This document shows positions 36,531 to 50,624 of a stretch of DNA of 64,000 nucleotides, in pieces. Source of the DNA: Squalus acanthias (taxonomy: Eukaryota). The notes under the pieces were generated by a model, which ran no database searches, was not told the DNA's origin, and saw only the letters and a list, made by a program, of their open reading frames with translations. Location of the stretch: contig CM059431.1 of assembly GCA_030390025.1 (NCBI GenBank), forward strand, positions 150,538,001 to 150,602,000, given 5' to 3'. Each line of letters starts with the position of its first letter. The first letter of the stretch is position 1. The position numbers were made by a program, and so were the translations under genes.

Positions 36531-37164
36531 GCCCGTAATTTCCGATAGGAGGCATCCTGCGTGCGGGAAAAAAATCTCCGACCTTACCTGAGGGCTCCCG
36601 AGTTCCGGACTCTTCCGCTCCTTGGCCTCTCCTGCTGCGCGCGCAAAGGCCCAGGTATCCCAGGGGCGCAGGCGGTTCGAAAGCATCCCTGGGATCACGT
36701 GGGCCAGGCGAGCCAATGGGAGAATGGGAGAAGGGAATCCCCTTCATACTTTTGATAGGTAGACCTGTCAAAAGTATGAATGGATCACTGAAAAAGATAC
36801 AACATTAAATACATCTTTAAAAATCACGGTTTTTAAATGCGTCAAATTTACATTAAATTAAATATGTTAAACAAAAATGTATTTACGGGGCTAAAAATAA
36901 ACTTAGCATTTTTAAACGTATTTTTCAATTATAAATTAGTGGAACATTTTTTTTTTAACCTTTTTAATCCTTATGCTTTTACCAGGTGTAATATTTTTAA
37001 GGGATTTCAGCGGTCGGAGGTTCTGCAGAAAGCGGAACACTCCACCCGCAAAAGCCATTCTTCAGTGCAGGCGTGCGATCTGTCAAGAGAATTATTGACA
37101 GATCGGAAGTGCCGGTTTTCAGCACACAGCTCGTACACACCCGTAGGCATCGGAAATTACGGCC
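36530..37164. mobile_element. Non-autonomous DNA transposon (Harbinger-like MITE)
   Basis: Terminal inverted repeats GGCCCGTAATTTCCGAT ... ATCGGAAATTACGGCC, and an internal hairpin at 36743-36780. Confidence 0.65.
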
Positions 37165-37452
37165 AATGTATTCTTCCTTGTTATCTATGTTTATGGGTGC
37201 TAATACGGACTGGCGAGCGTATTTTATTCCTTGTGATGTGCATTAAGTATATGTACTCGAATTGGAGGGAAGAGAATCGTGGTGTCCCACCAGGAACCGT
37301 GCTGGTGCCTCAACTATTCACTATATGTATTTATGATTTCGATAACACAATGGAGAGCCACAAATGCAAGTCCGCCGATGAATCACAGATTGGTGGCATA
37401 GTAAGTAGTGTAGCCGAGTGCATACAATTACAAAGAGACATTACTAGATTAA

Positions 37453-37607
37453 GGCCGAGAAATTCGTCTAGGGCGGTGGCAAAAAACGTGCAGTATCGGA
37501 TTCAGTTCCATCGACTGTAATAGAACTGAATATCAGGCGCTCCGTATAACGGGCTGCCGATCCGATACCGCCCGTTTTCACCACCGCCCGAGATGAATTT
37601 CTAGCCC
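37453..37607. mobile_element. 155-bp PIF/Harbinger-type MITE with a TAA target-site duplication, inside an old CR1 fragment (about 37275-37625)
   Basis: Imperfect TIRs GGCCGAGAAATTCGTCTAGGGCGGTGG / CCACCGCCCGAGATGAATTTCTAGCCC. TAA at 37450-37452 and 37608-37610. Removing it restores CR1 AGATTAAATGAATGGGC. Confidence 0.8.
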
Positions 37608-37884
37608 TAAATGAATGGGCAAAAGAAAGGACTGGGAGGTTTCATGGTTAGATGTCACAGCAACGGCCAAAATACTGGGGTGTTTCCAGTAACACGTTGA
37701 ATACAAACTGCAACACTCGGCCGAGTTCGATCTTACTGCAAACTTAGATTTAAACATCGCTCTGTGATGCTGTAAGCAAGCTAAATCCAGCTAAAGCTGC
37801 TGATACACTTAAGTTACGGTTATGCCTCAAATGATAGGACAATGGCTGGGGCACAAATCATGTCAACACTCAAGATTAAATGAA

Positions 37885-38315
37885 AGAAATAATTTGGACT
37901 TATACAGCACGTTGCAGGAACTCAGGACGTCCCAAAGCGCTTTACAGCCAATGAACTACTTTGGAAGTTGTTGTAATGTAGGAAAATCGCAGCCAATATG
38001 AGCACGACAATATCCCACAAACAATAATGAGACGATGACCAGACAATCTGTTTTAATGAATGTTGGTAAAGGGATAAATATTGGCTGGGACACCTGCAGA
38101 CCTCCCCAGCACTTCTTCCGGGAGCACCACGGGATCTTTTACGTCGGCCAGAGAAGACAGACGGTGTCTCAATTTAAAGTCTCATCCGAAAGACAGCACT
38201 TACGGCATTTCAGCACTCCCTCTGTACTGCACTGGAGTGTCGGCTTAGATCTTGTGTTCAGGTCTCTTGAACCCATGACCATCTGGTTCAGATGCATGAG
38301 TGCTTCCACTGAGCA
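37885..38315 (-). mobile_element. Deu-domain SINE copy
   Basis: Reverse complement of GACACTCCAGTGCAGTACAGAGGGAGTGCTG...TCGGATGAGAC plus an L2-like tail. Confidence 0.75.
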
Positions 38316-38702
38316 ACATTTGACACCTAAATTATATATGATAGGCAGATGAAGGAAAAAAAGGATTGAAGGGATATGGCACCAGGGCGGGTAGCTATGA
38401 TTAGATGTATTTGCGGGACGGAAGGTGACCACGGACATGGACTTTTTGGGCGCAGTCGCCTGTTTCCGTGTTCAAACTCCAATACTTCAATGTATTTCTC
38501 TGTACGATTAAGTACTTACTGTGACTCTGAAAATGTAACCTTTCTTATAGAACTAAAAAGGTAATTGCATCTTATAGCGTTTTACTTCCTCGGAGCGCAA
38601 AATGTGTTTCACTGCCTATCATTTGTGTTTCAAGAGCGGCTACTCTTGTTAGGGATAAAAATACAGAAACCAATGAGGCACACAGCAAGGCACCAAAATC
38701 AA

Positions 38703-39272
38703 ATTACATATTACATAGGATTACATAGGATATACAGCATCGAAACAGGCCATTCGGCCCAACCAGTTCATGTCGGCGTTTATGCTCCACTCGAGTCTCT
38801 TCCCGTCTTTGCTCATCTAACTCGATCAGCATAACCTTCTACTCCCTCCTCCCTCATATGCTTATCTAGCGTCCCCTTAAACACATCTATACTATTTCCC
38901 TCAACCACTTCCTGTGGTAGCGAGTTCCACATTCTCACCACTCTCTGGGTAAACAAGTTCTTTCCGATTTCCCTATTTGAATTCTTGGTGACTATCTTAT
39001 GTGGATAATGTCTAGTTTTGCTCTTCCCAACAAGTGGAAACACTCTCTCTGTATCTACTCTATCAACACTTTTCATCATTTTAAATACCTTTATTAGGTC
39101 ACCCCTCAGCCCTCTCTTTTCAAGATAAAAAAGACCCAGCCTGTCCATCCTTTTCTGATAGGTATACACTCGCATTTCTGGTACCATCCTTGTGAATCTA
39201 TTTTGCACCCTCTCCTGTGCCTCTATGTCCTTTTTATAATATGGCGAGCAGAATTCTATGCAGTACTCCAAG
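38703..39272 (-). mobile_element. CR1 3' fragment
   Basis: LEYCIEFCSPYYKKDIEAQERVQ...GYADRVR in ORF 38813-39355, plus tail. Confidence 0.88.
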
Positions 39273-40676
39273 AATTCCGCAACATTACAGGGGATTTGAC
39301 GTTCGACATTCAAATGATCCAGTATTTCGAAGTAGAGCAGGGGAGTCCTGGTCAATATTTACCCCTCAACCGACATCATTAAAACAGATAATCTGGTCAT
39401 TATCACATTGCTGTTTGTAGGTCCTTGCTCTGCGCAAATTGACTGCGGCGTTTCCCACGTTACAACAGTGATTAGACTTCAAACATCCTGTACAGCGCTT
39501 TGGGGCGTCCTGATTTCGTGAAATGTGCTATATAAATGCAAGTCTATCTTTCTATTTATTCTTAACTTTACTTAATGCTTAGAAAGTTACATGATTAGAA
39601 TTTAGCTGTGCCGGTCTCTTAACATCCTAACGTCATTTAAACATTACAGAAGCTTAACCTGGAAAGCCCAAACTCTATCAGGCTCATTGATTCATCTAAA
39701 AACAATAGGACTACCTTACGATGCTTCTGTGTACGTACACATTATTTAAGAGGTTTTTCCTTCCTTGTCTTTACAGGACAGGGAATTCTCAAAGGGACAC
39801 AAACTGCTGTAAAATTAAGACAACGCTGTCTCCTCGGAACTTCCGAATTCTCTCGCTGGAGATTGGAGAGCAGAATTCCTGTTGTGCGTCAACTTGGTGT
39901 TACTGGTCTTTCGCATTAGACACTGCAGGAAATATAATGTGGCTATCTCTCGCTGGACTCATGTAGTGATAATGTTTACTGGTCTTGGTAAACGTTATCT
40001 TTCTATTGAGAGCTGAATTAAAATGTACGTTGGTGACATTTGGTAAACCGGATACTTTCCGCTGTAGAGGGGTCTGGGTCATTCAATGGGATTGCACTCT
40101 CATTAACGAGTGAAATTTGTGCACATCACGCCTAGAATGATGGCGGGTAGGGGCTTCTCTCTGCTGGCTGGAGTGGTCCTCACTGAGATAAGTTAGCACA
40201 TTTTCCACCCAGCCCTTTAGAGGACTGAGTGCACAAGGTAATTGCAGCAAATCAGGCATAATTTCGCACTAAATCAGCAGAACCGGTTCGAACATCGACA
40301 GAAGATCCAACATGGAAACTGGTCATTTCACACTAATGCAACAGAATGGTTCTGATAATTGATTGGTTTGATTTGATACTTGATTTGATTTGACATCCTT
40401 ATATTGCTATGCGACTCTCCTCTGATCTCCATCTTGTTTTTGGGGCATATTACTGGAACAAATTCTTGCAGTTAATGCTACAATCTGCAGATGTGCTTTT
40501 TTTGAGATTTATGTTTGTCCGTCTGTCCAACGCGTATCTGAAAGTTTCCGTATTTACCGTGTGTCTCCATCACTATCCTTCTCTGTAAAAGTTCTTTCTC
40601 TTTTCACTTCTGATTGCTTCGTGAATCTGTTTAGAGCTGCGAATCTTACAGTACCCCCAGGATTGTTATTACATCG

Positions 40677-43600
40677 AAACATAGAAGCATAGAAGATAGG
40701 AGCAGGTTTAGGCCTTTCGGCCCATCGAGCCTGCCCCACCATTTAATGAGATCATGGCTGATCATCCAAATTCAGTACCCTGTCCCTGCTTTCTCCCCAT
40801 ATCCCTTGATCCCTTTAGCCTTAAGAAATAGATCTAACTCCTTCTTGAATATATTTAATGACTTGGCCTCAACTGTCTTCTGTGGTAGAGAATTCCACAG
40901 GTTCGCTACTCTCTGGGTGAAGAAATTCCTCCTCATCTCAGGTCGACATGGCTTACCCCTTATCCTTAGTCTGTGACCCCTGGTTCCGGACTCCCCCGCC
41001 ATCGGGAACATCCTTCCTGCATCTAGTCTGTCTAGTCCTGTTAGAATTTTATAAGTTTCAATTAGATCACAGAAACATAGAAACATAGAAGATAGGAGCA
41101 GGAGTAGGCCATTCGGCCCCTCGAGCCTGCTCCGCCATTCGATGAGAAAATGGCTGATCATCCAAACTCAGTACCCTGTACCTGCCTTCTCCCCATATCC
41201 CTTGATACCTTTAACTTTAAGAAATATATCTCACTCATTCTGGAATATATTTAATGAATTGGCCTCAAGTATCTTCTGTGGTAGAGAATTCCATAGGTTC
41301 AGCACTCTCTGGGTGAAGAAATTCTTCCTCATTTCTGTCCTAAATGGCTTACCCCTTATCCTTAGATTATGATGCTTGGTTCCGGACTCTCCGATCATCG
41401 GGAACATTCTTCCTGCATCTAGTTTGTCCAAACCTGTCAGAATTTTATATGTTTCGATGAGATCCCCTCTCATTCTTCTATACTCCAGCGAGTATAAGCC
41501 CAATCGACGCAATCTCCCCTCATATGTCTTTCCTGCCATCCCAGGTATCAGCCTTCTGAATCTTCGCTGAACTCCTTCCATGGCAAGAACATCCTTCCTC
41601 AGATAAGGCGCCCAAAACTGCACACAGTACTCAAGGTGTGGTCTCACCAAGGCCCTGTACAATTGCAGCAAGACATCCTTGTTCCTGTACTCAAACCCTC
41701 TCGCTATGAAGGCCAACATACCATTGCCTTCTTCACCGCCTGCTGCACCTGCATGGTTACCTTCAGCGACTGGTGCACAAGGACACCTAGGTCTCGTTGC
41801 ACTTCCCCTTCTCCCACTCTATTGGCATTCAGATAATAGTTTGCCTTTCTGTTTTTGACACCAAAGTGGATAACCTCGCATTTATCCACGTTATATTGCA
41901 TCTGCCAAGCCTTAGCCCACTCACCCAACCTGTCCAAATCATCCTGGAGTTTCTCAGTATCCTCCTCGCAGCACACAAGCCCACCCTGCTTTGTGTCATC
42001 TGCAAACTTGGAGATATTACATTTAGTTCCCTTATCTAGATCATTAATGTATATTGTGAATAGCTGGGTTCCAAGGACCGAACCCTGCGGTACCCCACAA
42101 GTCACTGCCTGCCACTCGGAAAAAGACCCATTAATTTCTACACTCTGCTTTCTGTTCGCCAACCAGTTCTCTATCCAAGTCAATACCTTGCCCGCAATCC
42201 CATGTGACTTAACTTTACACGCTAATCTCTTATGCGGGACCTTATCGAAAGCCTTTTGAAAGTCCAAATACACCACATCGACTGGTTCTCCCTTATCTAT
42301 TTTCCCAATTACATTCTCAAAAAATTCCAGTAGATTAGTCAAGCACGATTTACCTTTTGTAAATCCATGTTGACTTTGTCCGATCCTGTCTCTGTTTTTC
42401 AAGTGCTCAGCTGTTACATCCTTTATAATGGACTCTAGCATTTTCCCCACTACCGATGTTAGGCTTACCTATCTGTAATTCCCCGCTTTCTCTCTAACAC
42501 CCTTTTTGAATAGTGGGGTAACATTAGCTACCCTCCAATCCATGGGTACAGTTCCAGATTCCATCGAATGTTGGAAGATGATCAGCAATGCATCTACTAT
42601 TTCTAGGGTCACTTCCTTAAGTACCCTAGGATGTACATTATCAGGCCCTGGGCATTTATCGGCCTTCAATCCCATCAATTTCCCTAACACCATTTCCCTG
42701 CAAATACTGATTTCTTTTAGTTACTCCCTTTCATCAGACGCTATGTTCTCCAACATCCCTGGGAGATTATTTGTTTCCTCCTTTGTGAAGAGAGAACCAA
42801 AATATGCATTTAATTGGTGCCTATCCACCGTCAACCCTTTGAGTGATATTCCCCAATCAAAACTACCCAATTCGCGCCTCACACCATCGTAGTTTCCTTT
42901 ATTTAAATTCAGGACCCTAGTCTCTGATTCAACTACTTCACTCTCCATCCGAATGAAGAATTCTATCATATTATGATCGCTCCTCCCCAAGTGGCCTCGC
43001 ACAACAAGATTGCTAATTAATCCTTTCTCGTTACATAATACCCAGTCTAAGATGACCTGATCTCTGGTTGGTTCCTCGACATATTGTTCCAGAAAACCAT
43101 CCCGTAAACATTCTAGGAATTCCTCCTCCACAGTATTTTTACTAAGTTGGTTGGCCCAATCTATATGTAAATTAAAGTCACCCATAATGACTGCTGTGCC
43201 CTTACTGCATGCTTCTCTAATTTCCATTTTAATTTCGTCCCCAACCTCCGTATTACTGTTTGGAGGTCTATATACCACTCCCACTAACGTTTTCTGCCCC
43301 TTGATATTTCTCAGTACTACCCATACAGATTCCGCATCATCAGAGCTAATATCCTTCCTTTCAATTGTTTTAATCCCCTCTTTAACCAGCAATGCTACCC
43401 CACCTCCCTTTCTTTTTTGCCTATCTTTCCTAAATATTGAATACCCCTGGATGTTGGGTTCCCAGCCTTGGCCACCCTGGAGCCATGTTTCTGTAATCCC
43501 AATGACATCGTATTCATTTACCTCTATTTGCGCAGCTAATTCATCCACCTTGTTCCGAATGCTCCTTGCATCAAGACACAAAGACTTCAGGGTTGTTTTT

Positions 43601-46445
43601 TTAATGCTCTCAGACCTGTATGAATTATTATTTACTGTGACCATATTTGATTTAAACCGTTGAGTTCTTTGCCTTCTACTTTTGTTTTTCTCCTTCCTGT
43701 CTTTTGCTTTTATACTTGTTTACCTTTCCTCTGTCTCCCTGCTCAGGTTCCCAACCCCCTGCCACTTTAGTTTAACTCCGCCCCCCCCAACAGCACTAGC
43801 AAACACTCCCCCTAGGACATCGGTCCCGGCCCTGCCCAGGTGCAGACCGTCCAGTTTGTACTGGTCCCACCTCCCCCAGAACCGGTTCCAATGTCCAAGG
43901 AATTTGAATCCCTCCCCCTTGCACCATTCCTCTAGCCACGTATTCATTTGAAATATCCTCCTATTTCTACTCTGACTAGCACGTGGCACTGGTAGCAATC
44001 CTGAGAGATTACTACCTTTGAGGTCCTATTTTTTAATTTACCTCCTAACTCCCTATATTCTACTTTTAGGACCACATCCCGTTTTTTTACCTATATCGTT
44101 GATGCCTATGTGCACCACGACAACTGGCTGTTCGCCCTACCCCTCCAAAATGTTCTGCAGCCGCTCTGAGAGGTCCTTGACCCTTGCACCAGGGAGGGAA
44201 TACACCATCCTGGAGTCTCGTTTGCGGCCGCAGAAACGCCTATCTATTCCCCTTACAATTGAGTCCCCTATCACTATAGCTCTTCTACACTTTTTCCTCC
44301 CAGCCTGTGCAGCAGAGCCACCCATGTTGCCAGGAAGTTGGCTGTTGCTGCCTTCTCCTGATAAGTCATCCCCCCCAACAGTATCCAAAGTGGTATATCT
44401 GTTTGAGAGGGGAATGGCCACAGGGGACCTTTGCACCTCCTGCCTGCATCTCTTACTCTGCCTGGTGGTCACCCATTCACTTCCTGCCTGTACACCCTTT
44501 ACCTGCGGTGTGACCAACTTGCTAAACGTGCTATCCACGACGTCCTCTCCCATTCTTCTAAACTCTAGCGAATACAAGCCCAATCGTCCCAATCTCTCTT
44601 CATACGTCATTCCTGCCATCCCAGGTATCAGTCTGGTGAATCTTCTCTGCACACCCTCCATGGCAAGAACATCCTTCCTCAGATAAGGGGACCAGAACTG
44701 CACACAATACTCAAGATGTGGTCTCACCAAGGCCCTGTACAACTGCAGCAAGACATCCTTGCTCCTGTACTCGAATCCTCTCGCTATGAAGGCCAACATA
44801 CCATTTGCCTTCTTAACCGCCTGCTGCACCTGCATGCTTACCTTCAACGACTGGTGCACAAGGATTCCCAGGTCTCGTTGCACTTCCCCTTTTCCCAATC
44901 TATTGCCGTTCAGATAATAATCTGCCTTCCTGTTTTTGCCACCAAAGTGGATAACGTCGCATTTATTCTCATTATACTGCATCTGAAATGCATCTGCCCA
45001 ATCACCCAACTTGTCTAAATCATACTGGAGTTTCTCTGCATCCTCCTCACAACACACACGCCCACCCAGCTTTGTGTCGTCTGCAAACTTGGATATATTA
45101 CATCTAGTTTCCTCATCTAGATCATTAATATATATTGTGAATAACTGGGTTCCTAGCACCGATCCCTGCGGTACCCCACTAGTCACTGCCTGCCACTCAG
45201 AAAAAGACCCGTTTATTCCAACTCTTTGCTTCCTGTCTGCCAACGAGTTCTCTATCCAAGTCAATACCTTACCCCCAATCCCATGTGCTTTAACTGCACG
45301 CTAATCTCTTATTCGGGACCTTATCGAAAGCCTTCTGAAAGTCCAAATACACCCAATCCTCTGGTTCTCCCTTCAGTATTCTATCAGTTACATCCTCAAA
45401 ACATTCCAGTAGATTAGTCAAGCATGATTTACCTTTTGTAAATCCATGTTGGCTTTGTCCGATCCTATCATTGTTTTCCAAGTGCTCTGCTATTACATCT
45501 TTTATAATGGACTCCAGCATTTTCCCCACTATCGATGTCAGACTTAACGGTCTATAATTCCCCGTTTTCTCTCTCCCACCTTTTTTAAATAGTGGGGTTA
45601 CATTAGCTACCCTCCAATCCATGGGAACTGTTGCAGACTCTATAGAATTTTGGAAGATGATCAGCAATGCATTTAATATTTCTAGGGCCACTTCCTTAAG
45701 TACCCTAGGATGTAGATTATCAGGCCCTGGTGATTTATCGGACTTCAATCTCGTCAATTTCCCCAACACCATTTCCCTCCAAATACTGATTTCATTCAGT
45801 TGTTCCCTCTCATTAGACCCTATGTTCCCTGACATCTCTGGGAGGTTATTTGTGTCCTCCTTTGTGAAGACAGAACCAAAGTATGTATTTAATTGGTCCG
45901 CCATTTCTTTGTTCCCCATTATAAACTCCCCTGATTCTGACTGCAAGGGACCTACGCTTGACTTCACTAATCTTTTTCTCTTCACATATCTATAGAAGCT
46001 TTTACAGTCAGTTTTTATGTTCCCAGCAAGCTGACTCTCATACTCTATTCTCCCCCTCTTAATTAATCGCTTTATTCTCCTTTGCTGAATCCTAAACTGC
46101 TCCCAATCCTCAGGTTTGCTGCTTTTTCTGGCCAATTTATATGTCCTCTCCTTGGCTGTTATGCTATCCCTAATTTCCCTTGTTAGCCACGCTTGAGTCA
46201 CCTTTTTTTTATGCCGATCTAGGATGAACAAATTCTGTAGTTCATTCATGCGATCTTTAAATGTTTGCCATTGCCTATCCACCATCAACCCTTTAAGTAA
46301 CGTTCCCTAATCCATCCTAGCCAATTCGCGCCTCACACCATCGTAGTTTCTTTTATTTAAATTCAGGACCCTAGTTTCTGAGTCAACTGATTCACTCTCC
46401 ATCTTAATGAAGAATTCTATCATATTATGATCGCTCCTCCCCAAG
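40677..46445 (-). mobile_element. Three head-to-tail pieces of one CR1 subfamily (about 40677-41069, 41070-44543 and 44544-46445)
   Basis: Tails at 40677 and 41070. RT/EN ORFs at 41231-43644, ORF1 SGNH part at 43720-44543, and a second EN-RT at 44544-46445. Confidence 0.92.
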
Positions 46446-46589
46446 GTGCCTCGTTCTTGTAACACACCCATTATATTAAGCTTCAATATCCAATTTCACA
46501 GGAAAACAGGAACATTAAGAACAGGGATACACCCTCTGGCGCCTGCTTCGCCATTCAATGGCTACTCTGTACCTCAATCTTTTTGTAAC

Positions 46590-49500
46590 ATTATGTATTT
46601 GACCCAACAAGAAATCAGGTCTTACTAGATTTAGTGATGAGTAATGGGCCCCGAATCTTCCAATAAGATAACGGTAAGGAACACCTAGCTAACTGTGACC
46701 ATAACATGATTAGTCATGGGAGGGAGAAAGATGAGTCACGAACCAAGTTTCTAAATTTAGGTCAAATGAACGGTAGAGGGATGAGGCAAAAATTTACAAC
46801 AATAAACATCTCTGAACTAGTCATGGCTAAAACTACAGATGAATGGTGAGAGGTTTTCAACTACAAATTTGATAGAACACTGCACCTGTGCATACCTTTA
46901 TAGGGCAAGAGCGCTACTTGTTTAATTTAAAAACCTTGGTCAACAAGAGACGTGATGGATAGTCTGAAATAAAACAAAGGGGCTTATATTAACGCAAAGA
47001 ACAGTGAATATCTCGAGGTCTAGGGGAGATAGAAAGAACACAAAGGGATGCAAAGAAAGTCATCCGAGCTTCTAATAGGGAATATAAGAATAAACTTGCG
47101 AGGGGAAGCAAGGACAAAACTAAAGTTTTTTTACAAGTGTATTAAGAGTAAAAGGGTGGCCAAGATTAATGTGAGACTCTTAAAGACAGATACATATGAT
47201 ATTGTAATTGAAAAGCAGAAATAGCAGATTTGTTAAATATTCACCTTTTATCGATCTTCACAGCAGAGGATGAGGATAAAGTACCAGAGATACAAGGAAA
47301 AGGAAAAATAATTCAAGGAGAGCAAATTTCTAAATTTAATATAAGTTTTTAAAATGATAATGGAGAAAATAATGAGAATAAAGGTGGACAAGTCTCCAGG
47401 AACTGATGGTTTCCTGTCCAGGGTATTAAAAGGAACAGGTGATGACATGGTAGATGCTCTAGTCATGATCTTTTCAAACTCTCTGGATTCAGGAATTGTC
47501 CCCTTGGATTGGGAAATTGCCAATGTCAACCCACTATTTAAGAAGGGTAATAGAGATAAACTGGGAAATTTTAGCCATATTAGTCTAACGTTTGTTGTGG
47601 GGAAGTTGCTAGAATCTATTATTAGGGACAGAGTGACTGAGCACTTGGACTAGCGTGAACTGATCAGAGAGAGCCAGCATGGATTTCTAAAGCTTTAGTC
47701 ATGTCCAAATAAACTGGTTGATTTTTTGGAGGAGGCAATTAACGTGGTAGATACGTGAGTGTCTGTGGAATTTATTTAGATGGATTTCCAGAAGGCATTC
47801 GATAAGGTTCCACATAAGAGACTGTAAACAAAAATTAGACACAATGAAATTGGATAGAAGCTATTGAAATGGATAGGGAATCGTTTGGGAAATAGGAAAC
47901 GTAGGGATTATTGGTAAATACTCCAATTGGCAGCAAGTGAGTAGAGATGTCCCTCAGGTTCCTGTACTTTGGTCTCAGATGTTCACTATATTAATAAATG
48001 ACTTAGCTGAAGAACTGGAGATCCATATATCCAGGTTTGATGACAACACCAAGTTAGGTGGCGCAGTAAGTAATGTAGATGGAAGCAGAAAGTTGCTAAG
48101 GGGCATTGATAGATTAAGTGAGTGGGTAATACTGTGGCAGATGGAGATCAATGTGCGGAAGTGTGTCGTCATCTACTTTGTGGCTAAGAATGATAGACCA
48201 GACTACTTTATAAATGATGAGAAACTATGGTCTGTGGAAGTAAAGGGCATTAAGGGTTACGGGGAGCGGGCAGGAATTTGGACATGAGTCTAGGTTCGGA
48301 TCGGTCATGGCCCTGTGGGTAGTGGAGCGGGCCCAGGGACTGTGTAGCCTGATTCTGCTCCTATTTCGTGTGTGCAATTCTGTTAGATGCAGGAGATGGT
48401 TCTGTGATAGATAGTAGATTGGTGGTTAGGATCAGATCAGCCATGATCTTATTGAATGGCGGAGCAGGCTCGAGGGGCCGATTGGCCTACTCCTGCTCCT
48501 ATTTCTTATGTTCTTATGTTCTTAGGAGAGAGATTTATGGATCCAAGTGCTGAAATCACTAAAGCCAGTGGACTGGTGCAAATATAATTTAAAAGGCTAA
48601 TGTAGTGTTGGCCTTTATCTCTAGGGGTCTGGAATACACATGGTTGGAAGTTATGCATCAGTTGTATAAGCCTTGATTGAACTTCTTCTCGAGTACTGCG
48701 TTCAGTTTTTGGCACCAGGTCTCAGGCAGGATTTATTGGCTTTGGAGGGGGTGCAGTGCAGATTCACCAAAATGATGCCGCTGCTTCGATGGGTAAGTTC
48801 TCATAACACGTTGTTTAAACGCTCCCTTGAGTATAGGCGATTGAGGAGTGAGCTGTTCGAGGTGCATAAAATGTCAAGAGGATAAGATAGGGTTGATGCA
48901 GAGAAACTATTCCTTCTGTTGACAAATCAAGAACGAGGGGACATAAGAGGACAGATTTCACTGTCAACATAACGGCGAGGATAACGGCGTTTGCCATTAT
49001 TTATGCGCAAGTCCTACAGCAACTTCAGGCGAGGGCAGATGCGTGGTTAACGCGAAAATCCGAAAGTTGCTGTCTGAAATGCGAGCCCCTGTCGTTAGCT
49101 TCGTGAAAACGGCACCTCGCTTTCTGATTCACTATTCCAATATATTGAACTGTGTGAAGTTCCTGTACTTGCATGGTAGATATGAAATAAATTCGCTGCA
49201 GAAATGTAGGGCTTTTCCATTTTAGAACATAAGAACATAAGAACTAGGAGGAGGAGTAGGCCATATGGCCCCTCGGTCCTGCTCCGCCATTCAATACATT
49301 CATGGCTGATCTTGGACCTCCACTTTCTCACCCGATCCCCATCCCTTGATTCCTCTATAACCCAAAAATCTATCGATCTCAACCTTGAATATACTCAACG
49401 CCTCAGCATGCACAGCACTTTGGGGTAGAGAAATCAGAAGATTTAAAACCCTCTGAGTGAAGAAATTCCTCTTCTTCTCAGTCTTAAATGGGCGACCCCT

Positions 49501-50385
49501 TATTCAGAGACTATGCTCACTCGTTCTAGAGTCTTCAGACAAGGGGAACACCCTCTCAGCATCTACCCTATCAAACCCCCTAAGAATCTTATATGTTTCA
49601 ATGAGATCACCTGTCATTCTTCTAAACACCAGAGAGGAAAGGCCCAATCTACTCAATTTCGTCTAAGTACGCGTTTTAACGGCGTGGTAAGTTTTAATTA
49701 CTGCCAAACAATCTCTCTAGCTCTGAAAATTAACATTTACAATTGTGGAGTCTCATTCCTTCAGATTTTAATTGTTGGAGTTCTACTTTTACATTTTCTT
49801 TCCATCTATTGTTCTCTTTCTATTCAGCCAGTCTTTATTTCCCTCCCTTTTTTTTGCTTTCTGTACCTGATTTGACATTGAATTTATTACTCTGACGTAA
49901 ACGTCCTGGTTTGGACTGCGCTGTTCATTAACCATACGTCAATCTGATTGGTTAAGGTGATACACAGTTGCTTGCCCTGTTGACACAGGCCCCAGATGCC
50001 TTATAGAGGGCACTACACCATGTGCAACTCACACTTACAGCAACTGGCAGTGCAAAAGCTCATGGAAATTAAATGGGCATGGGCAAGTCTCCTTTCTCCG
50101 CCGGCTACAGTAAATTCTGGCCCAAGAGGTAGGCCATTTAAGAGGGAAATTAGGAAGAAAGCTTTTGACAAACAATGTCAGTAGAAACCTCGAATTCTCT
50201 GCTCCAAAATGCTGTGGCTTCTCGGCGAAATGGAGCTTTGAAGATTGAGATAGATTTTTGTTAGGTAATGTTATAAAGAGCTTTGGAGCTGAAGTGGATA
50301 AATGGAGCAAAGGTACAGATCTGCCACGATCTAATTCAATGGCGGAGCAGGCTCCATAGGCGGAATGGCCGAGAGCTGTTCATAT
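46590..50385 (+). mobile_element. Old CR1 (EN-RT-tail) carrying nested insertions: young CR1 tail 48236-48523, and a MITE-like element about 48950-50123 that contains a minus-strand CR1 fragment 49223-49660
   Basis: [15 protein letters not shown] and FDDNTKLGG motifs. The CR1 sequence resumes collinearly after each insert. Confidence 0.8.
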
Positions 50386-50624
50386 GAATTATTTTAGACT
50401 GTGATTACTGTATCATTGGACATACGAAGAAACGAAAAGCTTTCGCAAAAAAATCCAGAAGTTTGTTCTCTAGTCCACTTGTTTCAGCGATTTCGTAAAC
50501 AAAGCGATAATTACTCCAATGCCCATTTCTCTCAAAACAGGCAATCGTTTATTCAGAGAGCTGTTAGCATTTCGCTTGCGGCAGCGAACGTGTGGAACCG
50601 TGCCGGCTTGTTTCAACCCGTTGC

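Noticed and set aside
36837..37520. 227-aa ORF
   Set aside because: It runs across a MITE, an old CR1 fragment and a second MITE, with no coherent domain.
44137..45264. 375-aa RT-esterase ORF as a novel fusion protein
   Set aside because: It is a chance in-frame junction between two CR1 fragments, and both domains are incomplete.
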